Assembly (NCBI GenBank): GCA_963797555.1
Contig: CAWCPV010000008.1
Location: 43,221-107,220, forward strand
Source: an uncultured Gammaproteobacteria bacterium
Lineage (GTDB): Bacteria > Pseudomonadota > Gammaproteobacteria > CAWCPV01
DNA: 64,000 nucleotides
Direction: 5' to 3'
Position numbers and translations under genes: made by a program. This document shows positions 51,068 to 61,220 of the stretch, in pieces; positions within the stretch are counted from its first letter, which is position 1; every line of letters starts with the position of its first letter. The notes under the pieces were generated by a model, which saw only the letters and a list, made by a program, of their open reading frames with translations, made no database searches and was not told the origin of the DNA.

Positions 51068-53140
51068 CTACCGCAGGCGCTCGCTATCGGTGCGGGCCAG
51101 GGCTGCCTCCAGGTCCTCGATGCGCGTGACCGGCGCGTCACAGGTTTGGCCGGTGCAGACGTAGGCGACTGCCGCCCCTAGCGGGCGGCGTTCGGCGAGC
51201 GAGCCTGGCAGTCCTTCCTCATGCGCCGGGATGGCGAGGCACAGCCGGTGGGGCGTATAACCCCGATGGCAGCGCTCGGCCCAGGGTGCGAGGGACTCCG
51301 GGTTTCCACGCAGCACCACGGTCTGAGGCGGGTACAGGTGCTCCTCCAGCGCGAGGAGCAGGGCGTTGTGGGCGTGGGGAGCCCGGATCAGGGTGTCCCA
51401 GCCCCCTTTCAGGGTGCGCTCCGCCGCCTCCAGGTAGCGAGGCTCGCCCAGCAGGTGCCCCAGGCGGGCCAGGGCAAAAGCGGCCACGCCGTTGCCGGCG
51501 GGTGTGGCGTCGTCCGCGAGGGGCTTGGGGCGCTGGATGAGATCTTCGTGATCGTCGGCGGTGAAGTAGAAGCCGCCGTGGTCGCGGTCCTCGAAGTGGC
51601 CGAGCAGCGTGTCTGCAAGCTGCACGGCGAAGTCCAGGTCGGCCGACCGGAAGCGTGCCTGGGCGAACTCCAGCAGCGCGTCGACGAGAAAGGCATAATC
51701 GTCCACGTAGGCCGGCAGATGCGCCACGCCGTCCTTGTACGTGGCGAGCAGGCGCCCATCCCGCCAGAGCCGCGCATGGATGAAGTCCAGTGCATGCTCG
51801 GCCGAGTCCAGCAGATCGCTGCGCTGCAAGTGCCGCCCCGCGACGCTCATGCCCTTTATCATCAGGGCGTTCCACGAGGTAAGCACCTTATCGTCGCAGC
51901 CGGGCCGGACGCGCCCGTCGCGGGCGGCGAGCAGCTTGCGCCGGGCGCGGTCCAGGACCTCGGCGACCTCAGCTTCCGTGAGGCCGGTCGTCTGCGCGAT
52001 CTGGCCCTCGGTACGCGCCACGTGCAGATGCCAGTGCCCCTCGAAGTTGGGCGGACGGTCCAGTCCGAAATGTTGCGCGGCTAGCCGGTATTCCTCCTCG
52101 TCCAGCAGCGACTGCACTTCCTCGCGGGTCCACACGTAGAACTTGCCTTCCTCGCCCTCCGAGTCGGCGTCCAGTGCGCAGTAGTAGCCGCCCTCGGGGG
52201 ACTGCATCTCGCGCATCACCCAGGCGGCCGTGTCCTCGCAGATCTTGCGGAAGAGGGGGTCCCGCGTGACCTTCCAGGCGTCGGCATACAACGCAAGGAG
52301 CTGGCCATTGTCATAGAGCATCTTCTCGAAATGGGGGATCATCCAGCGCTCGTCCACGGAGTAGCGGCAGAAGCCGCCTCCGAGCTGGTCGTAGATCCCA
52401 CCCCGGCCCATGCGGGCGAGGGTGTATCGAGCCATCTCCAGCGCCCGATGGTCGGCTGCTTCGGTGCTCGCGTAGTGCCGAAGCAGACGTTCCAGGCTGC
52501 CGGGGTGCGGGAACTTGGGCGCCGGGCTGAAGCCACCATACTGCCGGTCGTAGCTGCTCTCCAGCTCCTGCCTCGCTTGGTCCAGGGGGGAGGGGTCCAA
52601 CACCGCCTGGTCCGGATCGGATTGGGGGACGGTACGCTGCAGGAAGTCGACCACCGAGCGATTCTGGCTCTCTACGTCTTCACGGCGCTCGCGGTAGAAG
52701 CCGGCCACTCGCTGCAGCAGGTCCTTGAATGCGGGCAGCCCGTGGCGGGGCTCGCGGGGAAAGTAGGTGCCGCCGAAAAAGGGCACCTTGTCCGGGCTCA
52801 GGAATACGGTGAGCGGCCAGCCGCCGCCGCGTTGGGTCAGGAGGTAGTGGGCGGTCTGGTAGATCTTGTCCAGATCCGGGCGCTCCTCCCGGTCCACCTT
52901 GATGCTCACGAACAGCTCGTTCATGACCCGGGCCGTCTCACTGTCCTCGAAAGATTCGTGGGCCATGACGTGGCACCAGTGGCACGCCGAGTAGCCGATG
53001 GACAGCAGGATCGGCTTGTCCTCCCGCCGAGCCCGCTCCAATGCCTCCTCATTCCACGGGTACCAGTCCACGGGATTGCGGGCGTGTTGGCGCAGATACG
53101 GGCTGGTTTCGTCGGCCAGGCGGTTGGTACGTTCAGGCAT
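51068..53140 (-). CDS. YyaL/SSP411-type thioredoxin-domain protein
   Basis: [37 protein letters not shown]. Confidence 0.93.
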   Translation of the reverse strand: MPERTNRLADETSPYLRQHARNPVDWYPWNEEALERARREDKPILLSIGYSACHWCHVMAHESFEDSETARVMNELFVSIKVDREERPDLDKIYQTAHYLLTQRGGGWPLTVFLSPDKVPFFGGTYFPREPRHGLPAFKDLLQRVAGFYRERREDVESQNRSVVDFLQRTVPQSDPDQAVLDPSPLDQARQELESSYDRQYGGFSPAPKFPHPGSLERLLRHYASTEAADHRALEMARYTLARMGRGGIYDQLGGGFCRYSVDERWMIPHFEKMLYDNGQLLALYADAWKVTRDPLFRKICEDTAAWVMREMQSPEGGYYCALDADSEGEEGKFYVWTREEVQSLLDEEEYRLAAQHFGLDRPPNFEGHWHLHVARTEGQIAQTTGLTEAEVAEVLDRARRKLLAARDGRVRPGCDDKVLTSWNALMIKGMSVAGRHLQRSDLLDSAEHALDFIHARLWRDGRLLATYKDGVAHLPAYVDDYAFLVDALLEFAQARFRSADLDFAVQLADTLLGHFEDRDHGGFYFTADDHEDLIQRPKPLADDATPAGNGVAAFALARLGHLLGEPRYLEAAERTLKGGWDTLIRAPHAHNALLLALEEHLYPPQTVVLRGNPESLAPWAERCHRGYTPHRLCLAIPAHEEGLPGSLAERRPLGAAVAYVCTGQTCDAPVTRIEDLEAALARTDSERLR

Positions 53141-53367
53141 GAAGAGCCCTCTATTAGTTGACTGTGGCCGTCAACTATAGCACGCTTGCCGGGCCGCCGC
53201 GGCCCTCGCGTAGCGTCGTGTCGCGGCGCAGCCGCGTGCTACCATGGCGCCGAAGTGTTGGCAGCCGGCGCCGACGCTTCGCGGTTCAGGTGCACGCGGG
53301 TCGGTCGGACGGGCGGACGGCATCGCCAATCCGGCGCGTGCTGAGCGTAGATCAGGCGGAGGTCGTT

Positions 53368-53832
53368 ATGACGCTCGACGAGAGCATGGCGCACGTCAGG
53401 CTGCAGCTCGCGCACCACCGAGCGCTGAAGGACCTGTTCGACGGCTTCGTGGGGGACATCTTCGGCCTCATCGACGCCGAGCTGCCGCTGCAGCCCAAAG
53501 AGGCGGACGACGGGAGCCTCGGCTTCCAGCTACTGGGCAGGGTTCTGCGCGTGACCTTCTCGCCCGTCTATGACGGCGCCGGACAACTGCGGGGCGCCAT
53601 CCGCATCTGCCACATCGACGGCGAGAAGTGCGCGTACGTTCCGATAGGAATGATCTTTTTCGACCTGCAGGGCAATCATGGCGACAGCGTCGACAGCCTC
53701 GGGGAGGCCAACAGCTTCCGCGGTCGGCCGGATCGTGTTCGCCGCATCTTCCTGGACTGGCTGGTGAGGTTCCTCGCGTCCGACGAGTTCCGGGTGGCGG
53801 GGCTCGTGGTGCGGCCCGCTTCCACCCAGTAA
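53368..53832 (+). CDS. Hypothetical protein
   Basis: RBS GGAGG, GC3-biased ORF. Confidence 0.6.
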   Translation: MTLDESMAHVRLQLAHHRALKDLFDGFVGDIFGLIDAELPLQPKEADDGSLGFQLLGRVLRVTFSPVYDGAGQLRGAIRICHIDGEKCAYVPIGMIFFDLQGNHGDSVDSLGEANSFRGRPDRVRRIFLDWLVRFLASDEFRVAGLVVRPASTQ

Positions 53833-54102
53833 CGCCGGCTCCGTCTGTCGGCGTTCGGCGTGGCCAGTGGTCTGATCTCGTTTGACCGCACACGGCCGCC
53901 GTTCGTGGCGCGTGCCGGATGCTCTCCCCGGCAGCAGGCGACTGCAGACCCCGATTCCCGCCCGCTGCGCGGCACCCGCTCCCCGTTTCGCCGATCTCCC
54001 TGTGCCCTGGCGGGCGGGGTGGAGCGCCGGGGGCCGGGAACTTGCGCCCGCGGCTGCACACTATTGCTGGAGGAAGGATAGGAGCGTTCGGAGCCCGAGA
54101 CC

Positions 54103-54591
54103 ATGAACAGACGCGGCTTCTTGATAGGTTGTCTGGGTGCGACGGCGGTTGCCGCCGCAGGCACCCGGATTCTTGGAGGGGACATGGCGAGCGCCGGAAA
54201 GCTTGAGAAGATCCAGCGGTCCGAGGAGGAGTGGAAGCGGCTGCTGACGCCGGAGCAGTTCCAAGTGCTGCGCGACGAAGGGACGGAAAGGCCCTTCACC
54301 AGCCCCCTCAATGAAGAGAAACACAAGGGACAGTTCGTATGCGCGGGATGCGAGCTGCCTCTGTTCACGTCCGAGATGAAGTTCGACAGCGGTACCGGGT
54401 GGCCCAGCTTCTTCACCCACGTCGAGGGTCACGTGGAGACCAAGCGGGACTTCAAGCTGATCCTGCCCCGCACCGAATATCACTGCGCCCGTTGCGGCGG
54501 CCACCAGGGGCACGTGTTCAAGGACGGGCCGCCGCCGACCGGCCAGCGGTGGTGCAACAACGGTGTGGCCCTGAAGTTCATCCCGGCCTGA
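54103..54591 (+). CDS. msrB: Peptide-methionine (R)-S-oxide reductase with a Tat signal
   Basis: MNRRGFL; GTERPF, KFDSGTGWPSF, GHQGHVF.DGP, RWCNNG. Confidence 0.95.
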   Translation: MNRRGFLIGCLGATAVAAAGTRILGGDMASAGKLEKIQRSEEEWKRLLTPEQFQVLRDEGTERPFTSPLNEEKHKGQFVCAGCELPLFTSEMKFDSGTGWPSFFTHVEGHVETKRDFKLILPRTEYHCARCGGHQGHVFKDGPPPTGQRWCNNGVALKFIPA

Positions 54592-54778
54592 GCAGCGCCC
54601 GCCCGCCAAACTCTGCAAGGATACCGCCCTCCCCGCCAACTCTGGCCGGGAGGTTGCAACGCCGCGACGCAGTGGGACCTCTCGGCGGCCCGTCAGGTGC
54701 AGACGTGCGGTCTGCACCAGCGCGCTTCCGTGGCGAGACATGCCGGCCGAGTCGTTGCGGACACCCTCGCCAGTGCAG

Positions 54779-55639
54779 CTACCGGGGGCCGAGCTGGTAC
54801 AGCCACAGCCCCGCCAATATGGTTCCTCCCCCTGCCCACACCTGCGGCTGCAGCGGCTCTCCGCCGAACGCGTGTCCGAGCAAGAGCGCGGCGACGGGTG
54901 TGACTAGCGTGATCAGCGCGACGCGGCTCGCCTCCACATGACGCAGCACGTGGTAATAGAGCACGAAGCCCAATACCGATCCGACCAGGCCGAGGTAGAC
55001 GATCGCGATGGCCCCGCGTGCCGGAATTGCGGACGGCATCGACTCCCCCGATGCCAGGAACACCGCCACATATAGCGGAACTGCGACCAACAGCGCCCCA
55101 GCGGTGACCGCCAGGGCCGGAAGCTGGCTGCCGATGCGTTTGACGGCGACCGCACTGGCCGAGTGGATGGTGACCGAAGCCACCACGCCGGCGACGCCGT
55201 ATCCCGCCCTGGGGCCGAGGGTTTGCCCGCCCGCGAAGACGAATCCGAGTCCGGTGAGCCCGAGCAGGGTCCCGGCCACCCGCGCGGGTGTGAATGCCTT
55301 CTCGGACAGCCAAACCGTCGCCATGACCCCGGTCACGAAGGGTGCGAGGCCGAACAGCACCGACATCCAGCCGGACGGAATGTACTGTGAGGACCAGTAC
55401 ACCAAGAGCATCGACCCGAACAGCCCGAATCCCGCTGCAAGGTAAGTGCGGCGCGCCTCCCGGTGCCAAGGCAGCCGTATGCGGAGCAGCCCGACAAGGG
55501 CCAGGCTCACCACCACGCCCAACAGCATGCGGCCCGTGAGCCCGAACAGGAAACCTCCGGGCTCGCTGCTCCACTTGATGGCGAGGGGCGTCGTCGACCA
55601 GATGAGGATGACCCCTATATACGCTGCACGCACCGACAC
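54779..55639 (-). CDS. DMT/EamA family transporter
   Basis: IWSTTPLAIKWS; about 10 TM segments. Confidence 0.9.
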   Translation of the reverse strand: MSVRAAYIGVILIWSTTPLAIKWSSEPGGFLFGLTGRMLLGVVVSLALVGLLRIRLPWHREARRTYLAAGFGLFGSMLLVYWSSQYIPSGWMSVLFGLAPFVTGVMATVWLSEKAFTPARVAGTLLGLTGLGFVFAGGQTLGPRAGYGVAGVVASVTIHSASAVAVKRIGSQLPALAVTAGALLVAVPLYVAVFLASGESMPSAIPARGAIAIVYLGLVGSVLGFVLYYHVLRHVEASRVALITLVTPVAALLLGHAFGGEPLQPQVWAGGGTILAGLWLYQLGPR

Positions 55640-55689
55640 GGCGCACTCCTTCGTCGCCAGCTAGCTAGAGGTCCCTGTAAAGGAACCGG

Positions 55690-55727
55690 AAACAAAAAAG
55701 CCGCAGGGCTTGCGCCGTGCGGCCTTT
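55690..55727 (-). terminator. Intrinsic terminator in the leader of the EamA gene
   Basis: Minus strand GGCCGCACGGCGCAAGCCCTGCGGC followed by TTTTTTGTTT. Confidence 0.7.
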
Positions 55728-56034
55728 GGGAGTCGAAGATCGGTATCAGGCTAGGAAGCCACAGCTCTCTCCGTCGCGCCGCACGGCCGCACGCGCCAGC
55801 CGGGCAGCCGGCGGTGCGGCATCGTCATCGTGAGGCGCGGCAAGGCGTCCATGGCCGTACAGTCTGCTCCAAGCGCCGGGAGGGTGTCAACGGCGCGCAT
55901 TCGCCTTGTCGCGAGGGCCAAGGGCGCTGCGACCGCGATCCGTCGTCAGGCCCGTCGCGGACCGAACGCGATTGGCGCCGGACCCGCCACGCGGGAGGCC
56001 GGCGCCGGCCACGGCAGGAAGAAGGCCAGGCAAG

Positions 56035-56823
56035 TCAGCCCTGGTGGCTGACCAGTACTTTGAATCGATATGGCGACTCGTTATTTCCGAGGACGAGGGC
56101 GCCCTCTGGGCCGTCGAAGAACACCGGACCCGTTTCGCCTCCGGTGCCTCCGACTCGGCGGCCATTGACGAGCGCTCCCAGGGCGCTTCCTCGGTCCAGG
56201 ACGCCGAGTCGGCCGTCTCGCAGGAACAGCGTGACGTGGTGCTCGGAGATCTGCAGCGGCGGGGAATCGGCTATCTTGAGGTCGTTGTAGGCGAGCACGT
56301 TGCGGCACAGGCGGCCGATCCGAAACGGAAACCGCCTGATGCGGTACGGATTGGCGGGCAGGGCGTCGGCGGCCCTCTGAGTCTGTCCTTCCAGCAACAC
56401 CACCGTACGCATGTCGGCTTCGCTGGCACCAAGGGATGGCGCAGGCGGGACTGCCGCCCGAGCGCACGCCCGCCTCAGCTCCAGGATCATGCCCTGCGAC
56501 TCGCGCAGCCGCTCGAACAGGACCTTCAGCAGATTGAGGCTCGCCTCCGGGTCGGATTGGAGGCATTGAACGAAGCCCTCGCGATGGACCTCTCTCAGCA
56601 CCGTGTCCTCGATGGCGCTGACCGTCGCGCTGCGCGGCTGGTCGTCGATCATGCTCATCTCGCCGAAGGACTCGCCGGGACCCAGGACGGCCAAGCGCAC
56701 GCTTTCCCCGTCGAGCTGTTTGGTGACCTCGACGCGGCCTTGTTCGATGATGTACGCCGTCTCCCCAGCGTCGTGCTCCCGCACGATGACCTCTCCGGAT
56801 GCATATTGCCTTAAGGTGACCAT
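56035..56823 (-). CDS. Cyclic-nucleotide-binding plus FHA domain protein
   Basis: GESFGEMSM..PRSATV; FRIGR..ISEHH..DRGSALGALVNG. Confidence 0.85.
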   Translation of the reverse strand: MVTLRQYASGEVIVREHDAGETAYIIEQGRVEVTKQLDGESVRLAVLGPGESFGEMSMIDDQPRSATVSAIEDTVLREVHREGFVQCLQSDPEASLNLLKVLFERLRESQGMILELRRACARAAVPPAPSLGASEADMRTVVLLEGQTQRAADALPANPYRIRRFPFRIGRLCRNVLAYNDLKIADSPPLQISEHHVTLFLRDGRLGVLDRGSALGALVNGRRVGGTGGETGPVFFDGPEGALVLGNNESPYRFKVLVSHQG

Positions 56824-57130
56824 CGAAGCCCCTCCACCGAGTCGGCAGGCTCGTAGAGACCGTTGAAAAGCCTGCCGAAGTCAAGCATAGCAACTGGCCG
56901 CAAGCCCAACAACGTCGGCGGCGGAAGCGTGAGCCCTGCGCCGCGCTCGGTTTCCGGTGAAAGTCTCCCGGCGCCCGCGCGGGGAACGTGCTTGCGCACG
57001 GACCCTGCCTGCAGGGTATTCCCTCTCGGCCCGTGCGGGTGGATACTGCCCGGCGTGCCTGCGTTTTCCGGGTGGGTCAGCGCGCCCCTCGGCGCCGGGC
57101 AACGGCTCAGCGACGGACACGAATGCGATC

Positions 57131-58582
57131 ATGCGAATACCCACGCCCCCCAGGATGCCCGGTCTACCCGTACTCGGTAACATCGTCGACTTCTACCGGG
57201 ATCGAGGAGGTCTCCTGCGCCGCGGCTACGAGACGCTGGGCCCGGTCTTCAGCCTGCGCCTCGGCCCCAAGCGGGTCGCCGTGCTCATCGGGCCGCAGCA
57301 CAACGGCCTGTTCTTCGCCGAGACGGACGCCAAGCTCTCCATGCGGGAGGCTTACAAGTTCCTGATCCCCATGTTCGGCGAGCCGGTCGGGTTCGCCGGG
57401 GGGCCCGTGCTCTACCAGGAGCAGCGCGGCATCTACTTGCAGCTATTCAAGGGAAAGCACATGCCCGGCTACGTCCGGGTCATGGGCGAGGAGGTCCGGG
57501 CCTGGCTCGATTCCCTCGGGGAGAGCGGCGACTTCGAGCTGGTCTCGGCCCTGGAGCGGCTGACACAGCACGTCGCCGCCCACGCCTTCATGGGGACGGA
57601 GTTTCGCCGGCGCATGGGCGGCTCCTTCTGGGACCTGTTCGGCGATCTCATCGCGGGACTCGACCCGGTCCTACCGCCGCATCTGCCGCTGCCGCGATTC
57701 ATCCGCCGCGATCGGGCCAGGCGCAAGCTGCACGCCATGATGAGCGAGCTCATCGCCGAACGCCGCGCCCATCCAGACGCCCACCAGGACTCGTTCCAGG
57801 ACTTCGTCAATGCCAAGTTCGCCGACGGCCGCCCGGTCAGCGACCGGCTGATCATCGCGATCATGCTGTCGCTGATCTTCGCCGGCCACGAAACCACCTC
57901 AGCCCAAGGAAGCTGGGCCCTGATCCAGCTTCTTCAGAACCCGGACCACCTTCAGCGGGTGAGGCAGGAGGTAGACGACGTGCTGCCTGCCGACGGCGGG
58001 ATCGAGCCGAGCCACCTCCGCCAGCTAAAGCACCTGGGGTGGGCGATCCGCGAGACGGAGCGCATGCGCCCCTCGGCGGACATCCTGCTGCGCTATACCG
58101 CCGAGTCCTACGAGGTGGGGGGCTACCGCGTCCCCAAGGGGTGGCTCACCATGATCTCCCCGCGTGTATCCCACCGCCTGCCGGAAGTTTTCCGCGACCC
58201 CGAACGCTACGACCCCCTGCGCTTCGCCCCCGGGCGCGAAGAGGACAGCCGGCACCGCTTTGCGCTGGCCGGCTTCGGCGGCGGCACCCATCGCTGCATG
58301 GGGATGAGCTTCGCCGATAACGAGATGACGGTCATCCTCGCATTGCTGCTGCGGCGCTACGACCTGGATCTCCTGACGCCCGACCCCCAGCCCACGCGCG
58401 AGATGCGGGCGAGCCGTCCCAGCCCATGCCGCATCCGCTACCGGCGCCGGGCGACGAGCGACCGCGAGCTTCCGCGGGCAAGCGTATCGGCCGCAGCAGG
58501 CTGCCCGCACCTCCAGCACGCCCCGTCGTCAATCCGCGTTTCCTCGGGAGACGCCGGGGCAGGGCGGGACGCAGCCGGTTGA
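57131..58582 (+). CDS. Cytochrome P450, CYP51-like
   Basis: FAGHETTS, ETER (ExxR), FGGGTHRCMG heme motif; EAYKFLIPMFG resembles the CYP51 B' region. Confidence 0.9.
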   Translation: MRIPTPPRMPGLPVLGNIVDFYRDRGGLLRRGYETLGPVFSLRLGPKRVAVLIGPQHNGLFFAETDAKLSMREAYKFLIPMFGEPVGFAGGPVLYQEQRGIYLQLFKGKHMPGYVRVMGEEVRAWLDSLGESGDFELVSALERLTQHVAAHAFMGTEFRRRMGGSFWDLFGDLIAGLDPVLPPHLPLPRFIRRDRARRKLHAMMSELIAERRAHPDAHQDSFQDFVNAKFADGRPVSDRLIIAIMLSLIFAGHETTSAQGSWALIQLLQNPDHLQRVRQEVDDVLPADGGIEPSHLRQLKHLGWAIRETERMRPSADILLRYTAESYEVGGYRVPKGWLTMISPRVSHRLPEVFRDPERYDPLRFAPGREEDSRHRFALAGFGGGTHRCMGMSFADNEMTVILALLLRRYDLDLLTPDPQPTREMRASRPSPCRIRYRRRATSDRELPRASVSAAAGCPHLQHAPSSIRVSSGDAGAGRDAAG

Positions 58583-58735
58583 CTGCCCCGCCGACGCCGT
58601 GGCCCCACCGGGGGCGTAGCTGGGTGGGCTCGTAGCAGGGCAACCCCTCCTCGCCTGTGTGGGTCCCGCGCGGCGAGGGTTGTGAGTCTCGACGGCCAGG
58701 TTCCAGGCGCGGAGCCGATGACCAGGCTCGAGGGG

Positions 58736-59950
58736 CTATTGTCTGCAGGAACTGGCGAAGAGCGGGCCCGTGCCAGCCGTGCGGAGTCGGCTGACGGACT
58801 CCCGCGCCAGACGCGCCGCGGCCGCCTCCATGTGCCCGAACAAGGCCTTGTAAAGCTCGCAGTAGGGGTCCTTCTCGAACATCGTGCGACGCACTGTGAA
58901 GGTGCGCACCGGACATCCGCCGTGGCACAGGGCCAGGTAGTCGCACTGGATGCAGTCCCGCTGCACCAGGGCGACGGGGCGCTGGTGGAAGCGTTGCAGG
59001 GCCGCACTCGCTTCCAGCATGGCAGCGAGGCTGTCGCACTCGAAGATGTTGCCGAACCAGTGGTCGGGGTAACTCGTGACCCAGCAGTCGCACTGTGCCA
59101 CGTTGCCGCGGGCATCGATGGAGATGATGTGATTGGCGCAGTCGTCGGTCCAGATGCACGGCAGCACCGCGTGGCCGCCAGTGAAATACGTGAGCAGCTC
59201 GTCGAAGGGCCCCACTCGGACCCCGGCGTAGTAGCCCCGTTCCAGCCACACCTCCGCGAGTTCGGTGAAGAAGCGGGCGAGCCCGTCCGTTTGCAGGGGC
59301 AGCATGCTCTTGACCACGTTCGGTTCGCCGCCGGGGAACGGGGTGTTGACCTGGAAGCTGCGGATGTCCAGCTCGTCCACGAAGTAGCTGTAGAATCGCG
59401 CCGCGCCGGTCTCCAACGTCGCGGCGTTGGGCACCGCGATGACCTGCACGTCGATGCCCGCGTCGCGGGCGAGGCGCACGTTGCGCGTCCAAACCTCGTT
59501 GTAGTCGGCATGGTCCCGCCCCACTCGGCGGCGGTAGAGGTTGGGATAGTCTAGCGAGGAGCTGACGCTATTGCCGAACATCTCCCGGATGACGCCGTTC
59601 CATTTCGGGCTGTAGCCGATCATGTTGCTCTGCAGCCCATGGGCCACCGCCCGCCCGCGCGCCGCGGCGGCCTCGCCGATGAGGCCGTGCGCCTGCTCGA
59701 ACCACGCGGGCGGCAGGGTCATCGCTTCCCCTCCCTGCCAATGGATAGTCAGCTCGGCAATGTCCTTCTCGACCAGGTAGTCCAGCACCTTGTCCATCAG
59801 CACCTTCAGGCGCTCCAGGGACAGCCGGTCACTGGTCTTGTCCTCGAAGCAATAGTCGCAGTCGGCGTTGCACTTGAGGGTTGGAAGCAGGATGAGGGAA
59901 AAGCTCTTAGCCGACACGATACGGTTCTCCTGGGGCTGGGGACGCGGCAT
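58736..59950 (-). CDS. Radical SAM/SPASM peptide maturase-like enzyme
   Basis: CNADCDYC, WQGGE; SPASM C..C..C / CIQC..LALCHGGCP..C. Confidence 0.9.
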   Translation of the reverse strand: MPRPQPQENRIVSAKSFSLILLPTLKCNADCDYCFEDKTSDRLSLERLKVLMDKVLDYLVEKDIAELTIHWQGGEAMTLPPAWFEQAHGLIGEAAAARGRAVAHGLQSNMIGYSPKWNGVIREMFGNSVSSSLDYPNLYRRRVGRDHADYNEVWTRNVRLARDAGIDVQVIAVPNAATLETGAARFYSYFVDELDIRSFQVNTPFPGGEPNVVKSMLPLQTDGLARFFTELAEVWLERGYYAGVRVGPFDELLTYFTGGHAVLPCIWTDDCANHIISIDARGNVAQCDCWVTSYPDHWFGNIFECDSLAAMLEASAALQRFHQRPVALVQRDCIQCDYLALCHGGCPVRTFTVRRTMFEKDPYCELYKALFGHMEAAAARLARESVSRLRTAGTGPLFASSCRQ

Positions 59951-60752
59951 GGGCGGTCAACGCCTGCCGCAATTCGGTGGCGGCCCCGTGGAGGTCTCCG
60001 AACAGGGCCTTCACGCCGGCACAGGAATACTCTGGGCGGGGCCACTTGAAATACCCGCCGCAGACCGACAGCCACTCGCACTGTCGGCACTCCGCGCCGG
60101 CGGCGAGTAGCTGCTCACGGAAGGCTGTCACGGAGGCAGGACCCCGGTCGGAGACCTCCTGTCCCTGGTTGTCCAACGGGCGCACCTCCGCTGGGTCTTG
60201 CTCCAGGAGCGACCACAAGCTGACGGGGGTGTCGTGGAGGAAGGCGAGCAAGACACCGTGAAAGAACTCCACGGGCCGGGCGACGGTGGGGTTGTGCAGG
60301 TAGTGGTCCAGCGCCTGCCGGGCCTCTGCGACCGTTTCGGGGGCGGGCTGGTGCCCGTCCAGGCGCACGGCGAAACCGAGGGATACCGCAAGCTTGATGG
60401 CCCGGCCCACACCGGGGAGCATGGGGACCGTCACCCGTACCGGGTGCCGGACGAGCAGGCTCGTATAGCGGTAAAGAAACGGGAACTGGGCCGCCGGGTC
60501 GGCCATCACCAAGTCGAGCGGCAGCCCCTCGCCCCAGTCGACGAGCGGATCCGTCCTCTCCGGAAAGCCGGTGAGCTGCACGAATGTCACCCGCTCCGGC
60601 ACCTCCGGCCCCAGCACCGCGGGGGGCTCTGCGGGGTCATCCGTGCGCAGGACTACCCGCCGGCCCGGGAAGGCGTGGAACAGGGCCGCAGGAATGTTGC
60701 AGACGGCGATGTCCGGGATGTCCCCGGTGGCGATCAGGGGGTCGTTGGACAA
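59907..60752 (-). CDS. Accessory protein with a SPASM-like C-terminus and no CxxxCxxC motif
   Basis: CRQCEWLSVCGGYF..YSC; overlaps the rSAM gene start. Confidence 0.7.
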   Translation of the reverse strand: MSNDPLIATGDIPDIAVCNIPAALFHAFPGRRVVLRTDDPAEPPAVLGPEVPERVTFVQLTGFPERTDPLVDWGEGLPLDLVMADPAAQFPFLYRYTSLLVRHPVRVTVPMLPGVGRAIKLAVSLGFAVRLDGHQPAPETVAEARQALDHYLHNPTVARPVEFFHGVLLAFLHDTPVSLWSLLEQDPAEVRPLDNQGQEVSDRGPASVTAFREQLLAAGAECRQCEWLSVCGGYFKWPRPEYSCAGVKALFGDLHGAATELRQALTAHAASPAPGEPYRVG

Positions 60753-60836
60753 AGTGGGCCGCCTCCCGGCGGCGCCTACGGCCGGTGTGGGAATCGCGGA
60801 GATCCCCGCGCCGGCCCCAGAGGCATTGAGGGCGCC

Positions 60837-61220
60837 TCAGCGCGCGTTGATCCAGCCCCCGCCGCCGCGCCGGTTGACCCAGCCGCCCGCGTGGCCGACC
60901 GCTGCGCTGCCACCGCCGCCCACGGCCACGCCGCCGCCGTGGACCACCGCAGCGCCGCCATAGCGGTTGTTGACCCAGGCGCTACCGCCGCCGTGGACCG
61001 CCACGCCGCCACCCGGACCGACCACCGCGCCGCCGCGGCGGTTGACCCAGGCGCCCGCCACGACCTCCCGCTCTCCAGCAGCGAGGCCGCCCAGGATGGC
61101 GGCGCCGATGACGATCTTCGACCACCGGCCCAGGCCCAGCAGGAAGTCCCGGCGGCTCTGTGTCGCCTCTTCAGCGACCGAGGAGGTGGTGGCGCCCTCC
61201 GGCACGGGTTGGTCACTCAT
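60837..61220 (-). CDS. Gly-rich putative RiPP precursor with a Tat motif and four W-x-N motifs
   Basis: SRRDFLL, hydrophobic stretch, then WVN/WVN/WVN/WIN in Gly-rich repeats; GGGAG upstream. Confidence 0.78.
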   Translation of the reverse strand: MSDQPVPEGATTSSVAEEATQSRRDFLLGLGRWSKIVIGAAILGGLAAGEREVVAGAWVNRRGGAVVGPGGGVAVHGGGSAWVNNRYGGAAVVHGGGVAVGGGGSAAVGHAGGWVNRRGGGGWINAR

